Part shown: piece by piece, positions 21,106-35,624 of the stretch | Layout of the letters: every line of letters begins with the position of its first letter | Position numbering within the stretch: position 1 is the stretch's first letter | Notes under the pieces: model-generated | Database searches by the model: none | Seen by the model: only the letters and a program-made list of their open reading frames with translations | What the model was told of the DNA's origin: nothing | NCBI RefSeq assembly: GCF_963506605.1 | Contig: NC_083282.1 | Location: 21,390,001-21,454,000 of the forward strand | Reading direction: 5' to 3' | DNA: 64,000 nt | From: Zootoca vivipara | Taxonomy: Eukaryota | Translations under genes and position numbers: made by a program

Positions 21106-24100
21106 CTCTTGTGTTCATGGTGTGATTCCCAATTGACTGGGATCACTCTTGGAGGGAGAATAAAACCCTTATTGGCTAGGGTGGTGGTTGTGCCTCACCT
21201 TAACAGTCAGGAACTAGGTATCTCATCTGATCACCAATCAGGAAGTGGAAAAATTAGTCCAGCAACTCTTCTAGCATTTTCTGTGTCAGAGAAGAATTAA
21301 GTTTCATATAACTTTTAATTTATTTAGCTGTACAAAGTGCTCTGCTACATCAACTGCAATTTAAATTTGTCCATAAATATGTTTTATTCCTTGCCAATCG
21401 ATAACAAAAAGTTCCCATGTTTTGAGTTATATTGGGAGTTAAAGGAGAACAGAACAGAGAGTAGTGCAGGCACATTTTCCATATGGAAGCACTTGCAAAA
21501 AAAGTCAGCAAGGTGCCAATTTTGCTGAGGTGCTACATTATTGTATAAATAACCTGATGGCTAATTCAGTCCACCCACTCCACTCTGTACTTCAGCAAAA
21601 GTATTGGGTTGTATCTAATGCTAGTCCTACTCAAAGTAGAACCATTGAAATTAATGAATATAACCAACATAGTTCAATTCATGTTAATGGGCCTACTTAA
21701 TTGGCTATGGCCCACTGAGTCACACTGTTTTAGGGTTATTCCCATTTTGCAGATATGAAACTGACATATAAGAAGAATGAAGGCCACTCAGCAAACCTAC
21801 AGCTATGCTAGAATCTAAATAACATATTTCAAAAGGGCTTTCTGTGGCATGTGTCAGTTGCTTTCAAGGATACAGTCACATTGGGGAACTATAGGATGTG
21901 AACCCAAGCTCTTTATCGTTTTCTAAATTGGATTTCTACAATGAAGTGGCACTTTTTCAACTGCCACTATTGCGGGAGTTCAGCCACATCTTTGGAGGTT
22001 CACGTGCCAGTGTGTCCTGGGAGGGCGTTGCATGGAGGCCTGTTGTAACATGTGAACTCTGCTTTGGCCCATGTGCTTTCCAAAAACTGGCAGCAATGAA
22101 TAGAGTTTGAGCTTGGCATTTTTGTTTGGTTCCTTTCCTCCTTTCGCCGCAGACCTGTAATCATCATGTGAAGAAAGTTTGTGCGTGTGTGTAGTTATAG
22201 ATCTTTCATCGCCAAGTGACATTTCTCAAAGGCGCTGGGTAGAAATGACTTCACTGTGACTCTGTGTCTAAGGCTAAATTGTGCATATTTATCCTAGCTG
22301 AAAAGGATCATTAGATTATTATACCCCCTTGCTTGCTCAGATTTGATAGTAACTTGTGCAATGAGCCTCTACCCTATTTTACGACATTATGGCACCGAGT
22401 ATTTTATGCACAAATAGGGCAAGGCAGCAGAGTGCATGCCGGTAGTGCTGGGAGGCATGCAACATAAATCAGACGATGTGTGCATAATTACAAGATAGCA
22501 GAACAGGTCCCAAGGGTATTTTCAGCATCGTAAAGCATTACATAGACCTACGGGCCCCTGGAACATTATCCTTTCCCATTTCTTCACTCTTAGAGGCACC
22601 AGACAGCTTTTGTCTGCAGGACAGCATGGCACAAGAGTGATGCGATGAATTACAACTGCATGAGTACTCTGTGTTTAATTGCAAAGCCACAATTTAAAGC
22701 ACCCTCTGATTAAATTGCCCAAAGCTTCCAATCTTATTTGTTGGATAGTTGCTCAGGGGCTGAGTGCTTTCTTAGCATTTATAGCAGAAAGTCAAGGTGT
22801 CATCTTGCCAACCTGTCCTGAAATACTTTGTCCAGAGAGCATGGCTTCCATCCATTACTGGCAGCAGAAAGTAATGAAAAGAGCAACAAACCTTAAACGA
22901 GCTGGATCTCTCCCATTGAAAAGCAAACATTATTCCCAACCCCGTTATAAAAGGATTCTTTGAAGATACTGTAGGAATGCTGGTCTGGAATTTGTTTTGC
23001 ACGCTAACTTTTGCTTCAGTAATGATTGCATGACATTAATACGAGATCGCAATGCGACTTGTATGAAATAATATAGGATATAACATGGAACAACAGAAGT
23101 GTCTTAAAGAACCATAGGGGTGACCCAGCCTGTGTGTGGATTTGTCTCCTGGCCTGTACAGAGTTTTGTGCATCCAGGGCCCTTTCAAATGTTAATTTTA
23201 CTCCTTCACACTCCTGCCATCAGTGGGCATGAGTCCTATGTTTCAAAGAGGGAATGGGGTGTGTGAGATCATGCTTAGATGCATACTCTTCAACGTTCCT
23301 CAGATGCAAATCGGGACATATTCTATGCCCCCTGTGCCTCTTCCTCAGAGACCGGGGAAGGGACACAGACACAGTGACTGACCAAAGCAAGCTGGAGCCA
23401 AGTGACTGTAATGGCAACGGCCTCATGAAAGGCCCCGCCCACTTCACTGCCGCACTCACTGCTTTCTTTATGGGAGACCAACCAACTGAGGAACAGGGAA
23501 ATGGTGAAAAACTTTCTTAGGTGCATTCGAGTGACCCAGATCTTGTTTTCATACAAATAGGAAATGACGCCATATTGAGACATAGATCTAAGAAGCGTGT
23601 TAGAGGGACACATAGACCTGAACTTCTGGTAATATGCTGAAACACTGTACTGAAGGGAAGCCCCCTTGGGAATTTGAGACTCTGCATGAAAAAGTGAGAA
23701 GCCATGATGGCTTAAGGGTTTTGTGATGGCCCCAGTATTTTCAGGGCAGTTGGATGGTATGTTAGATGTGCTAGTAAGTAGCTAGCCAGGTCGGTCTGTA
23801 TATCCCCAATAGGAGAGGGCTATTACCCTCAAGTCCTGCTTGTGGATTTCCCAGAATCCTATAATGGTAACAATCTGAAGTGGGTAATTTGCTTTTACTT
23901 GTGTAGGCTCTCTTCACAAAGTAGAACCCTGGAAAATCAAGCTTTTACATCCTGCAGGAAACTGACATGAATACAAGCAGGCTGAACACTTGAAAATCCC
24001 AATTTATTTTGAGGGGGACTTCAGGAGAGGCAACCCAAGCAACAGTCCTTGGTGTGCCCCATGGAGACTTAGTAATAGGTCTTAAAACTTTTGCTCACAT

Positions 24101-27100
24101 TGCATAAAAGAAAAAGGGAAAGTCCTTTTGCATATTGAACAGGAAGTCAAAGCAATTAAGCGAGTGATTACCACATTACCATGGAAGGCCCAAATTAAGG
24201 ATAACAATTTGAATTTATTAAAATAGGCATATTCTCTGTGAATATTTAGGAAATGTTTATATTACATTTTCCCTTGCAGTAAATTATGAAATGAGGATAA
24301 TGGTTATGAGATACCTGAAGCATGCTGGTGGCTCATTATCCAATGAATTGATATGAATAAATTGGATAAATCAACCTGCTTGACAGCTAGTAGTTTCCTT
24401 TGCTGAAGAAGTAGCGGGCCAAAGCGGAGGGGGAAAGTTCAAATGGTAAGTAAGAGGAATGTTGAGATCTTGATCTGTGCATCCTCGAACTGTAGTAGCT
24501 GGTAGTCTCAGAAACCAGAAACAGTCTCCATATTTGGGGGGTCAAGGGGAAGAACTTTGCAATGAAAGGGTGGAAGAGGAACAGACCCAAGGGAAAGTAA
24601 GACTGAAAGAGACGCCACCTCTCTGCTGCAAAAACAAACACTAATGCTTCCATATTACGGTATCCCCTTCAACCCTCCATGTTACAACCCACAAAATTTG
24701 TGGAATTATGGTTTAACTCTCACATGTTTTCTTATGGCCTATGGGCTGGATGTAGGCTCCATGTTTCTGTGTGGCCCTGAAGACTCTCCACAGGCTCTGC
24801 TCCATGCCCAATTCAAGATTGATCCTCAGGGTCAATTCCAACTCTATGATTCTATGAGATTCTATGAAGGAATCCTCTGTTTGATGGAAAGTCTAGCTCA
24901 AGACTGGTTTAAAGATAAAGAACCCTATGGAGGGAATGAGGGCAGGGCCCTTGAAGCTGGGTGTCCTATGATGGTAAGAGTCCTGGAAGTTCTCCTGAAG
25001 GAAAAAAGGGACTCATGAGAACCACTCAGTGAATGAGTGTTTGGAGGCTCTAAGGGTAAGTTGAGCCTAAACAAAACTCTCATAGTGAAGGAAAGGCCAT
25101 GAGTAATCTAACACACTTGCTTTTTCAATGTTCCACCCGATCACTCAAAACTTCCAATTTAGCTCCTCCTCTTCCTCCTGTTCCCCTTCTCAAGTTAAAA
25201 CCCCCTTATCTTGGCAAAGTGGTGGCAGCAGGAGAATGGCAGACAGTGGAAGGCTGACCCTGTGGAATCTCTTTTTTGCTGCAGCTTTTCAATGGAGTGT
25301 CATATCCTGCTGGGAATATTTGGTCTTGTAGTTAGGCTGCATGATGTCTACTGGGAAAAGAATGCTTTGCACACCATTTCCTGAGGTAGACAGGCCCTGA
25401 GCCCTTCTCCTGAATTTAAAGAGCCATCCACTGCTTGCTCACCCCTTCCTGGAGATAAGGCCTTTTATTTTGGGGAAGAGGGGACATGAATAAATATGGG
25501 CAAGCAGAGATGAGTTGCAAACCCCAGTTCAATAAAGGACCTGCTCAAGAGTGGGACCACCCTATTTGAGCAAGGTGTGGTTCAAAGTTTTAAGCACTGT
25601 ATACTTCTGATGCCAGTCCTCAGCCCTAAACTGTAGGGTGGTTGTTTGGTCTCCATGCCATAATAAGTTTTAAGCTTGTCTGAGATCACCAGTGAAGATC
25701 TCCCTCCAAGTGTCCCTTATTGAAGTAGTGAAACCTATGGTTGGACAGAACACATACTATACACTGCATGGAATATGTTGCCCAGAAAGATCAAGCTGAA
25801 CTATGCAAATGTTGCTTTCGGAGGACTGCTATGCTATATGCTTCATTTCTGTAACCCACAAGGAGGCCTTTTTACTTAGGCTGGTATGTTCGAGCTTGGC
25901 TTTGCTTCCTCCTGTAGACTCAGGTGTATACCCTGATAAATGCTTAAGTTGGTGAGATTTTCACCCATAGATGCTCTGCAACTGCCAGTTGCCAATGGAG
26001 GTTAGTGGAAATGGAGGACAGAACACGGCAGCGGAAGAGTGGCTATGGAGGGAAAGGAAGAGGTGGAGAAGGCTAGGCTAAAGTTGGGTGGTTCCTATGG
26101 GCAATAAAAGAGGAAAATCTTCCACCATGAACAACTTGTTCGGGCATTTTAATAAACCAAAACCAGAACACCTGGATTGATTAAAAAAAAGAACTTTAGA
26201 CACCACCAAGCATCCATCACTTGGAAGAGATAGGAACCTTTGAGTAGATCTGCAGCTCTTCTTCAGAGTTGATACATATATAATTAACCAATAAGGTTTT
26301 TTCTGAGGCATGGACAACACTCTCAGTTTATTAAAAAGAGATACAATCTCCCAGTGTTCCTAAGGGCATGTGGAGGGAAAAGACAATAATGAAATGATAA
26401 ACATTTTGTTGCACCACTGAAATCAGTTGGCCTGCTATACCCAAAAGTCACAGAGTTCATTGTGTATCTCACTTATTATTTGTGGCTAGTGCTTATCACT
26501 CCTGCCATTATGTGCAAGACTTATTATTTGGCAACTGCTCTGTCCCATCCCCCCTCCCCCCAAAAAACCAACCAAACAAACCCTTCAACAGCACAAAAAT
26601 TGCTAAAATGATGGATCGTCTTGGCTTATGAAAATGGATAGATGTGCAGGTTTTGAGCAGGAGGGATAATGGGCACAATCCGCTGGAAAGTTCTCATTGA
26701 AACGAATTGCGTGCAGACAGTCTTCTGCAACTGCTACGGTGCAGACCAGTCGTTTGGTCTTTTTTAAAAATCTCTGAGTTCATTGTTCAACTTATGGGTT
26801 CATCACTGCCAGATACACACACACACACTTTTAAGTGAGAGGTGTAGTGGTAAACAAAGTGACTGACAAAGGGAGCAGGTACACAGAATCTAATTTCTTC
26901 ATGAGCAGGACCTTTTTTATTGTTGGGGTCAGGGGGTGGGGAGAAAATATTTTTTTATTGCAAACTGCCCCACCCAATATTTTTCTTCTTGGGCAAGACT
27001 GGCCTTTTTAATCCATTTGTGTTTATTTAACATATCTGAATATTTGATATGGGCTTATGCAAGATAATTAACTCCCATTAGGGTTGCGTGCAAGGACTTA

Positions 27101-28177
27101 TTATCGTTATTTTAATTAAAACAAAAGGCTTAGCAGTACTTTGCAGAGGACCAGATGTTTGTTTTCTTTCTGAGACCAGGACTGTGTCTTTCAGGATGGT
27201 GGGGTTGGGGAGAGTAGTTGATAAGACAGACATCGTGACGTTGGTGATCCAATTAGTAGGGCACGTGTTGTGAGCTTCCAGCACCATATTCACTTTGAAT
27301 GAGGAGGTGGGACAGTATCTTGACCTCTGTAGATGTGGCTGATCAAAAGGGAAATGAATTTTGAATTAAGCAAATGCCTGCTTTTAAGAAACTTTAAAGA
27401 TACATTGTGTATTAAGTGCCCACCCCAGTGAAGTACTGAAGGAACTTGCTGTTTCAGTATTTAGAACTGATCACATGGTGGAAAAGACCTTTTTCTAACA
27501 ATTTGGCTTAAATAAAAGGTTATATTCCTGAACATAATATTCACTGTTTTCTGCATCAAAATGGTATGTAATAATTAACTATACTGAGGAAAAGGTATGA
27601 TATAGCTGCAGTTACTAACACAATCCTTACTTCCATTTTACATAAAAGTAAGCCCCAATGTCTTTATTTCAGTCTGTATTATTTAACAGCTGTGTGGAAG
27701 CAAGAAATTTTTATGAACTGAAAGGTGCATTTGGATGAACATGAACCAAACTATTTCATTCCTTCTTTAAAAGGAACTTTCCAGTCACTAGTTGTTAGTT
27801 GCTAATGCAACCCTATTTATTTTATTCAGAAGTAAATCCCTAGAGCCTTTTGTAATGAGTTTCCAGAAATTTATTTCCTCTCTGTGTGTGGAAGTATACT
27901 CATGAGGGTGGGCAGAGGACTAAAACTCTGTTAAGTGCCAAGTATTAATACTTCAAGGTCTAAGTGCCGACCGTTTCTTTGAAAAGGAGTAAGAGAGGGA
28001 AAGAACCAGAACATAGCTTTTCTCTCATCAGAGAAGCAGCTGTGGGCCCACAACATTTTGGCACCTGAGGTGAATCACAATATTGCCCTTCCCCACTGGG
28101 GACGAAAAGAGCTACATTGGGAACAAGGGGAATGAAGATACACATCAGGAACAATGGGGATGGGTGGCAATCAAATC

Positions 28178-28309
28178 CAGAGGCGGAGAAAGGTGGGTGC
28201 GCTGGGTGTGCCCTACGCCCTGGGACGCTCGCCCTGCCCCCGTGGGTGGCTAGCCCCACCCCCTGGGTGCACGCTGCTCCGGATGCCGGAGCAGCTAGCT
28301 CCGCCTCTG
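28178..28309. mobile_element. CpG-rich hAT-type MITE
   Basis: 11-bp perfect TIR cagaggcggag / ctccgcctctg and perfect 8-bp TSD atcaaatc (28170-28177 / 28310-28317). Confidence 0.92.
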
Positions 28310-29667
28310 ATCAAATCAACCTTTCCCGATGGTTGAACTGGGGTTAAAAGGCCATTGCAAGGGGGAAAGGGCCCATTCTGAATCACTCTGGGTGGGTGCA
28401 GGGCCAAGGAGACCCCAGAAGGCAACCTCTGCCATTTCCTTCCTAGGGGTGGGAGAACAATACCAGTGTTTCCTATTCATTGAGAGGTTGCTGTAGAAGA
28501 GACATTGGGCAGGGCTGCCAGTGAGGTGGCAGATCTGGCCTCCAAGGAGTTGTGCTGCAGCAACTACAGCCACTGCGTCAATGGCAGCGGGCAGTGTGTT
28601 CCCTGGTGGCAAGATCAGCTGCCCCTGTGGATCCTGCCATCTGAGGCAGTCACCTCATCTTGCCTCTTGGTGGGCCAGCCCTGGTAGGGAACCCTTCAGG
28701 GCCAAAGTAAGACACTTTTCAGTTTAGTTAGGCACTATGTGTAAAAGTGCTATGCTTAAGTGTCCCACAGTATGTTTGCAAGGGAGGAAGGTGGGGAGGA
28801 AACCAGAACTTGGGCACAAACCCATGACCTTATCGGCCTGTGACAACTTAGCAAACCCAACAGCTGCCATTGCTGTAACTAATGATCAGCTAAGGAAACC
28901 TCTCTGAAAGCTTCAAAACACATCTCGAAAGGGAGGTACTATATTTGCTGGTTGGTGGTTCTAGCAACCTCCTTAGAACTTTGACAGGTGTCAGTCACCT
29001 GACACCATTATGATATCAGGTGACTGATGTGTGAGTGATATATATAATAATTATTATTATATACTGCCTTTCATCTGGAGATTACATGGTAGTTTACACA
29101 GCAGAATGGTCTGACGGACTCCTGAGTGACAGGAGGAGGCCCAAGGTTCTCCATCCCTGATCTAGGGGACATTGATGCTGAAAAATTGCTGATAAAGTAT
29201 TTTCCAACATTAAAAGAAAAAAAGTGGATTATTTTGTCTCCCTCTTAATTCAAGCTACTTCAATGAATGAATCACTGATTGTAAGAAAGAAGGTGGTGCA
29301 AAAATAGCCCTTACCTTTGTACTATCACACCCCAGTGTAGAAACCAGATTCTTTCTAGGTCCTCAGGGATTACAGAAATTCATGGAAGATGAGGCTACCC
29401 CTGACTTCTAGAGTTGTGTGCAAATGGCCCGTTGAAAATTTACGCCCTATTGCTAGGCAGGAAAATTGGGGGAACTGTCTAGTTGACTACTGTAGGCTCC
29501 TAGGATCATTTGTTTGGAAGCTTATTTACTGGTATACTGTTAGGACTGTTTGCTGTTGAACTTTAGCTTGTCTTTTCCTCTCTTGGCAGTTTTCTGAGCT
29601 TAGAGGTTTGCATTGTTTTTCTAGATAGCATCCTAATGTAATAAGTATACAAAACCAAGACAAAATT

Positions 29668-29702
<35 letters not shown>

Positions 29703-30033
29703 ACCATTTAATTTGCAAATGAGCAGCTTTAAATAGCAATAACATTTTAATATTAAATATTGTACTAAGTACTTTTAGTGCACTGTATATGGAAATGAAG
29801 TTGGAAATTTACCCAGAGTAATTACTTTACAATGCTTATTTCAACCGAAGAATTGTGAGATTCATGAAAATACTGCCTTTCATCTATTAGTTAAGCTCCT
29901 CCCCGACTCAATTTAATGCAGCCCAGCGGATAAGGCAGCAATTAGCTCAGCCATGGACACATCAGAATGTGTCAGAAGCAACTTCCCACAATATCACCAC
30001 ACTATGGGGTAATAAATCTGGAACACCCTACAG

Positions 30034-30518
30034 CAGAGGTTTTCAACCGGCTCCCTTGACCAACTACATTCTTTTTGCAGGACTTCTGTGGGGCTCAGTT
30101 ATGTCACCCCTTCCCTGCAGAGCTGGTAGCCTCTCACACTTTTTTCCAAATACCCTCCCTTGTGGAGTGTTTCCTTGGCCTCCTCTCCTCTCCCCTCTCC
30201 TTGGGAGTCCTCTGGACAGGTGCTGCTGGTCTCTGAGCTGTCCCCACCCCACCCCAAAGAGAGGTGCCTCCACCCACTGCTCTACAGGGGCCTGGGAAGC
30301 ACCCCCTGGCCAGCCCCAGAGGCACCATTCGCCTGGGGAGCTTGTGGCCAGGGCTGCTGCAACAAACAGCTGCACAAGCCTTTGAGAGGCAGAGATGCAA
30401 GAGGGCATCAGAAGAGGGAGGGGAGGAAAGAGGGACAGAGGTCAGGGTTGCCCACGGCACCCCTGGCCATCATTCAAGGCGCCTCAGGGTGCCATGGCAC
30501 ACTGATTGAAAACCACTG
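30034..30518. mobile_element. hAT (Charlie-like) non-autonomous element
   Basis: TIRs cagaggttttcaacc / gattgaaaaccactg, 8-bp TSD ccctacag / ccctacaa. Confidence 0.85.
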
Positions 30519-32868
30519 CCCTACAAGATCATTGTTAGATTTTTGGATATAACATGCAGTGCTTTCCAAAGAAGATGTTGCCAATCCAGATCTGGTCACT
30601 ACAGTGCCCCTAAATGGAGATGTAAATATCTATTGACATCAAGCCATATCTATCATTGATGTTTATCTATGTTGAGTCCAGCCTGTTTGGTGGGGTCTCG
30701 ATGAGCATTAATGGTGATAGGAGTATGCATCCAGATACTATTCAGGTATTCACTTGGAAGCTTTCTAACTGGGCTGGATGTTTCCACCACCCTATTTGCC
30801 GGGGGGGGGGGATGCCCCACCACCACCTCCTCGTCTCCTCCTCCTCCTCTGTGGGGTAGAGACCAGAGAGGAGCAGGCAGTGGTAGGGTGGAGTCATGGC
30901 GGTGGCACGTATGGTGGGAGTGCAAGAGATGGTGGTAACAATTGGCATGCTCCATGGCTCAGATCTGCCATCTGAAGTGACTCCCTCATGGGTGGGCCAG
31001 CCCTGCTTTCTAACATGTATGACTTCTGCTGCATATGTTTATACCAGGAGTGGGCAACCTTTTTGGTCCAGTGGGCACAGTTCAAATTTTGAGAAAGTGC
31101 TGTGCGTCCCAGTCACAAAATGGCTGCCATGGGAAGCATCACATAACACAAAACTACAGAGAGTACAGTCCTTGCTGCTCCCCCTCCCCGGCAAGAGAAC
31201 CTCACGCTTACTGAGGGAAGTCGGCTATGTTCTGCTGGTCTTGATCATGAACATCACACACTGTTGATCCCCCCCACCCAGCCCTGAATGATGCTGTTGC
31301 TGTCTGATGACTGGAAAATTAAATATGGTGGTCACATCACACTCAGTCAACCACTCTCGCACATAAAGGACCACACACACTCAATCCCTGTCACCACCAA
31401 TAGGACCAGGGAAGACACCTGTCTGATAACCTGGAGTGCTGATTCTAGTCTAGGCAAACACTACTCAACTAAATGGGCCAATGCTAATTGGCAGCTTCCT
31501 ATGAACCTAACAGCATCCTGTGTTGTCCCCATTGGTACTGAAGTTGGGGTGCCCTTTCCATTATTCTGTGCAGATGAAAAGCAGGCATCCTCCTTTGACC
31601 CACATGGCTTGGGCCAATTCATAAAAACATGAACAATAGTGTAGCATGGGGGAGGGGTACAGGGGCAGTTGCCCCAGGCACAAAATTGTTAGGCGTACCA
31701 AATTTCAACACCCAGTGCTGCCTCAAGACAGCTGTGTGCTTCTGTTGCTGCGTTCTGTTGAAAATGGCTTCTCCATGTGAACCAAGAAGTGACCTCTCCA
31801 GACAATGGAATGACTCTTCTTTTATTTTTGCGGCTGCAGTCTCCTGGGTGACGTGAATGCCGTTAGGCAGTTGAATCCGCATTCATGCTCCATCTGTTTC
31901 CCTCCCTCCTACCCTCCCTCCGCATGACCCCGGGCACTGGCAACCCACAGTATGCCACTGCAAATGAAGAACCCTGATGGATCAGACCAAGAACCTATCT
32001 AGTCCAGCCTCTGGGAAGCCTACAATTAGGACATTGGGACAATAGTCCTCTCCCACTATTGTCCCCCAGGAATTGGTGTTCAGAGGCAGACTGTCTCTGA
32101 TTCTGGAGATCTTATGTGGCATCTGGCTCCATGTCAGCCTTTTTGGTCAGGCATCAGAAGTTGAATAAATTGATTGAAAATTTCAAGAGGACCTATTCAA
32201 CGGAAGGACCTATTCCCGTCTGCACACAAACACCCCCCTCACTATATTCCAATTTACAATCATTCTGGGACTCTGCCATCCGTATTGTTTTGTAGCTCAT
32301 AACTCTTAATTCTAATTGAATTATTTATTGCAAGGGAGAGTTTTAATTATGGTTACTGTGAATAAAAATAATTTACACTTGTTGCCAAGGGGGATTTTAC
32401 GCTGAGATATAGCTTAATTTCAGCTTGAGGCACTCGGCAGTCCTTCATGGTGGATATCTGCCTTAATGCTCTGCGGGCTTTTTTAAGATTCAGCAGCTGC
32501 AGGCAACAGGGATGCCAGAATTTCACAGGAAATGCTCACAAATGACAGCAGCTCAAGGATGGTCCATGAACTATATCACCACAACATCCTATGTGGTTCT
32601 AGCCTGATCAAGAGGTTTCTAAGATGTGGAGCGTATTTGATATAATTCCTTTTTTTAACAGAAAGAATCGTGTTGATTGCTACAAATTATAGGAACATAA
32701 GGAGAGTCCTATCTAGTTCAATATCCTGCTTCCCACCATGGCCATGATGCCTGTAGGAAGCCCAAAATATTTTGGCAAATGAGGCAGACCCCAAAATGGT
32801 GCCCCCACCCTTGGCTAGAGAGGAAGGGATCAAACCTGTGGTGTCCATAGAGGAACCAACAAGGAATA

Positions 32869-33135
32869 GAGTCATACCTCGGGTTGCGAATGCTGCGGGT
32901 TGCATGTTTTTGGATTGCGGACCGCGATGAACCTGGAAGTACCGGAACAGGTTACTTTCGGGTTTCGGCGCTTGTGCATGCGCAGAATCACAAAATAACA
33001 TCACGCTTGTGCATGCGCAGAAGTGCCGAATCGCGTCGCATGCATGCACGCATGCGCAGCGCTGCGGGTTGTGAATGCTGCGGGTTGCAAACGTGCCTCC
33101 CACACGGATCACGTTCGCAATCCGATGTATGACTG
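32869..33135. mobile_element. Tc1/mariner (Tigger-like) MITE
   Basis: TA-flanked, TIRs gagtcatacctcgggttgcgaa / ttcgcaatccgatgtatgactg, CpG-rich core with gcatgcgca repeats. Confidence 0.87.
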
Positions 33136-34545
33136 TACTTAAAAGTGTATGTTTAATTTTCCTGATTAAAAATATATATACCTTATTTTCTTATTGCATG
33201 TGAACTTTGGAAATTTCCCAACTGCTTGCTTGATTAGGATTAGGGAGGAGAGGAAAGGGGGTGTAGTAATATATTTGTTACAATTAATATATCGATTGTA
33301 TCAATTGATCACAATATTTATAATAAAATAAATTCAGTTCCAGATGAAATCATTATCGCAATAAAAGCCACTTGATGCACTTTTAGCATTGATCAAACAA
33401 ATCTATTGAATGGAAAAAAGTCTCCAACTCCCAGAAAAGATTTTAGGGTAGGTTTTCTGCTTTGTTTTACCCCCCCCCCTTTCTTGAAAAAGAACAAAAA
33501 ATAGGTACATTTGCATTACTGAATGCATTGTTTCAAAGCCTGGGGCCATTTAAATTGAGTTTTATGTACTGCATTCAGTTTAGTAAAATATTTAGTACTG
33601 CTCTAATAGTGTAAAGCATTAGGCTGTAATTACACCAACATAATGCAGGGACTAATAGTTCTGTTGGAATACAACTGTGATGCATGATTGCCCTATTATT
33701 ATAACCGATTTGAAGCAATGTGATTATTACAGAAAAAAATTAATCACTGTTACAGTCTTGATTTTGTTACAGGTTGTAATAATAATAAAAATAAAACCCG
33801 TAGGCATTTAACAACAGTTATTTTCACCCTCCCAAGAGAGAGAACAAGGTAGATAGTTTTTTTTCAAGCCCTTTAAGTCAGGAATGGCAAATTGTGGTCC
33901 AGCCCCCAGATGTTTCTGGACACCAACTTCCATTAGCCCCTTGTGGCAAGGCCACAGGTTCCCTTCTCCTGCTTCAAAGTGTCATCTTTGGTGAACCATT
34001 GACAGGGCCAGTCCGCCCAAGAGGCAGGCTGAGGCAGCTGCTTCAGGCAGCAGAAGCCCAAGAGTCGGTGCCCTTGCACACCCCCCACCACCAGCAGAGA
34101 AGTAGTGTTGGTATTGGCACCAGCTTCTGGCAAGATCTCACCAAAATATCACGAGATCTCACCGAAATCGCACTCACTCTCACAGAGGGCATGAGATCTT
34201 ATGAGAGCTCACTAGAACACGCTGTCGCTACTTAATGAGCACCGCCACACAACTCAGGTGAGAGAGGCTTCAAGAGGTGTGGCACAATGGTAGCAGAATA
34301 GGGCAGCCCCCCTCCCATTTTGCCTCAGGTGGTGAAACGGGATGTACCTCCCCTGTCAACTGATCAGTGGAGCTTAGAAGACAGGTGGCCCAATCCTATG
34401 AACTGTGCCATGGAAAGTTTAGAGCAGCCTTTCCCAACTGTGGTTCTCCATATGATGTTGAGAGTTCAGTGTCCATTATGGCTGGGGACACAAGGTTGGG
34501 AAAATCTGGCTTAGAGAACATGGTAAACAAAAAGCTAGGCAAGTA

Positions 34546-34730
34546 CAGTGGTACCTCAGTTTTCGAATGTCTCTGTCGGTTTTCGAACATGCCTCAGAAT
34601 TCAAACATGCCACGCAACTTCCGTATTGAGTTTTCCTTATTGAATTCAATATTGAGTTTTCGGTTTTCAAACGTTTCGGAACTCGAATGGTCTTCTGGAA
34701 TGGATTACGTTCAAAAACTGATGTACTTTG
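34546..34730. mobile_element. Tc1/mariner (Tigger-like) MITE, degenerate right end
   Basis: TA-cagtggtacctcagttttcgaa ... gttcaaaaactgatgtac. Confidence 0.7.
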
Positions 34731-35624
34731 CTTCATTCTCCCCAACAAAATAGAACAGGAACAGGGAACCATTCACCCACCAAACCATACTATGACACTG
34801 TGCATGCAAACTGATATGGTAGCCAGCAAATGGAACATATTCAAAAACAAGAATGCGTTTCATCTTTGCTTCAACATGCTGCTGATGTAAGTGGTTCTGA
34901 TTAAACAGTATATTTTGCCTAAGTAAACAGTGATTTATTTCCAGGCAAATTATAGAATTAAAAAAACAGTCTGGAAAACACACACACACACATCAAATAC
35001 CTGAGAGAAAATAATTTTTCATGCTGATAGCCTTTTAAAAGGAATAATTTAAAACAAGAGGGTGTTTTTTTTAAAAAAAAGCTGGGTAAATGATTACATT
35101 GTTTTCTACTTGGCAATGTGGGCTATAAATGCTTTTTCTTCTCCCAGCATTGCAGGTCTTACACATTTTAACCAACACAGGTACCCCCACAATGCAAAAC
35201 AGCATCACATTAGCCTTAACCCTTCTTGAGCAACCTATAGGCCATGTTAAAATAGCCCACACTTTGAAGAGAACAGTAGCCTAAGTTTGTTGTCCCAGGG
35301 CAGAAGTGGGGATTCCCCCTCCCCCATGTTGTTGGTCTCCACTTCCCATCTAATCCAACCAATATCCCCAATGGGCAGGAGTGATAAGAATTGTAGTGCA
35401 GAAACTTCTGGGTCAGGGCACAGGTCTTCTAGATCACTCAGCACACATATGTTATCCTTGTAAGCAGTGTGCAAAGTGATATCCAAAAGTAGGGATGGAG
35501 AGGTAAGCCTGTTAATAGTCTGTGCCTATTTCCATGTCCATTTATTCTGTTTCTGCATATGTAGGAAAAACAACAGTAAATACAAAAAGTAGGATTTTAA
35601 TGCTGATTCAATTGCAATATATGC

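Noticed and set aside
23254-23520. Possible coding exon (acceptor-like ttcctcag near 23348, open frame RDRGRDTDT...)
   Set aside because: No recognisable homology, a weak donor and no partner exon. Cannot be supported without RNA-seq.
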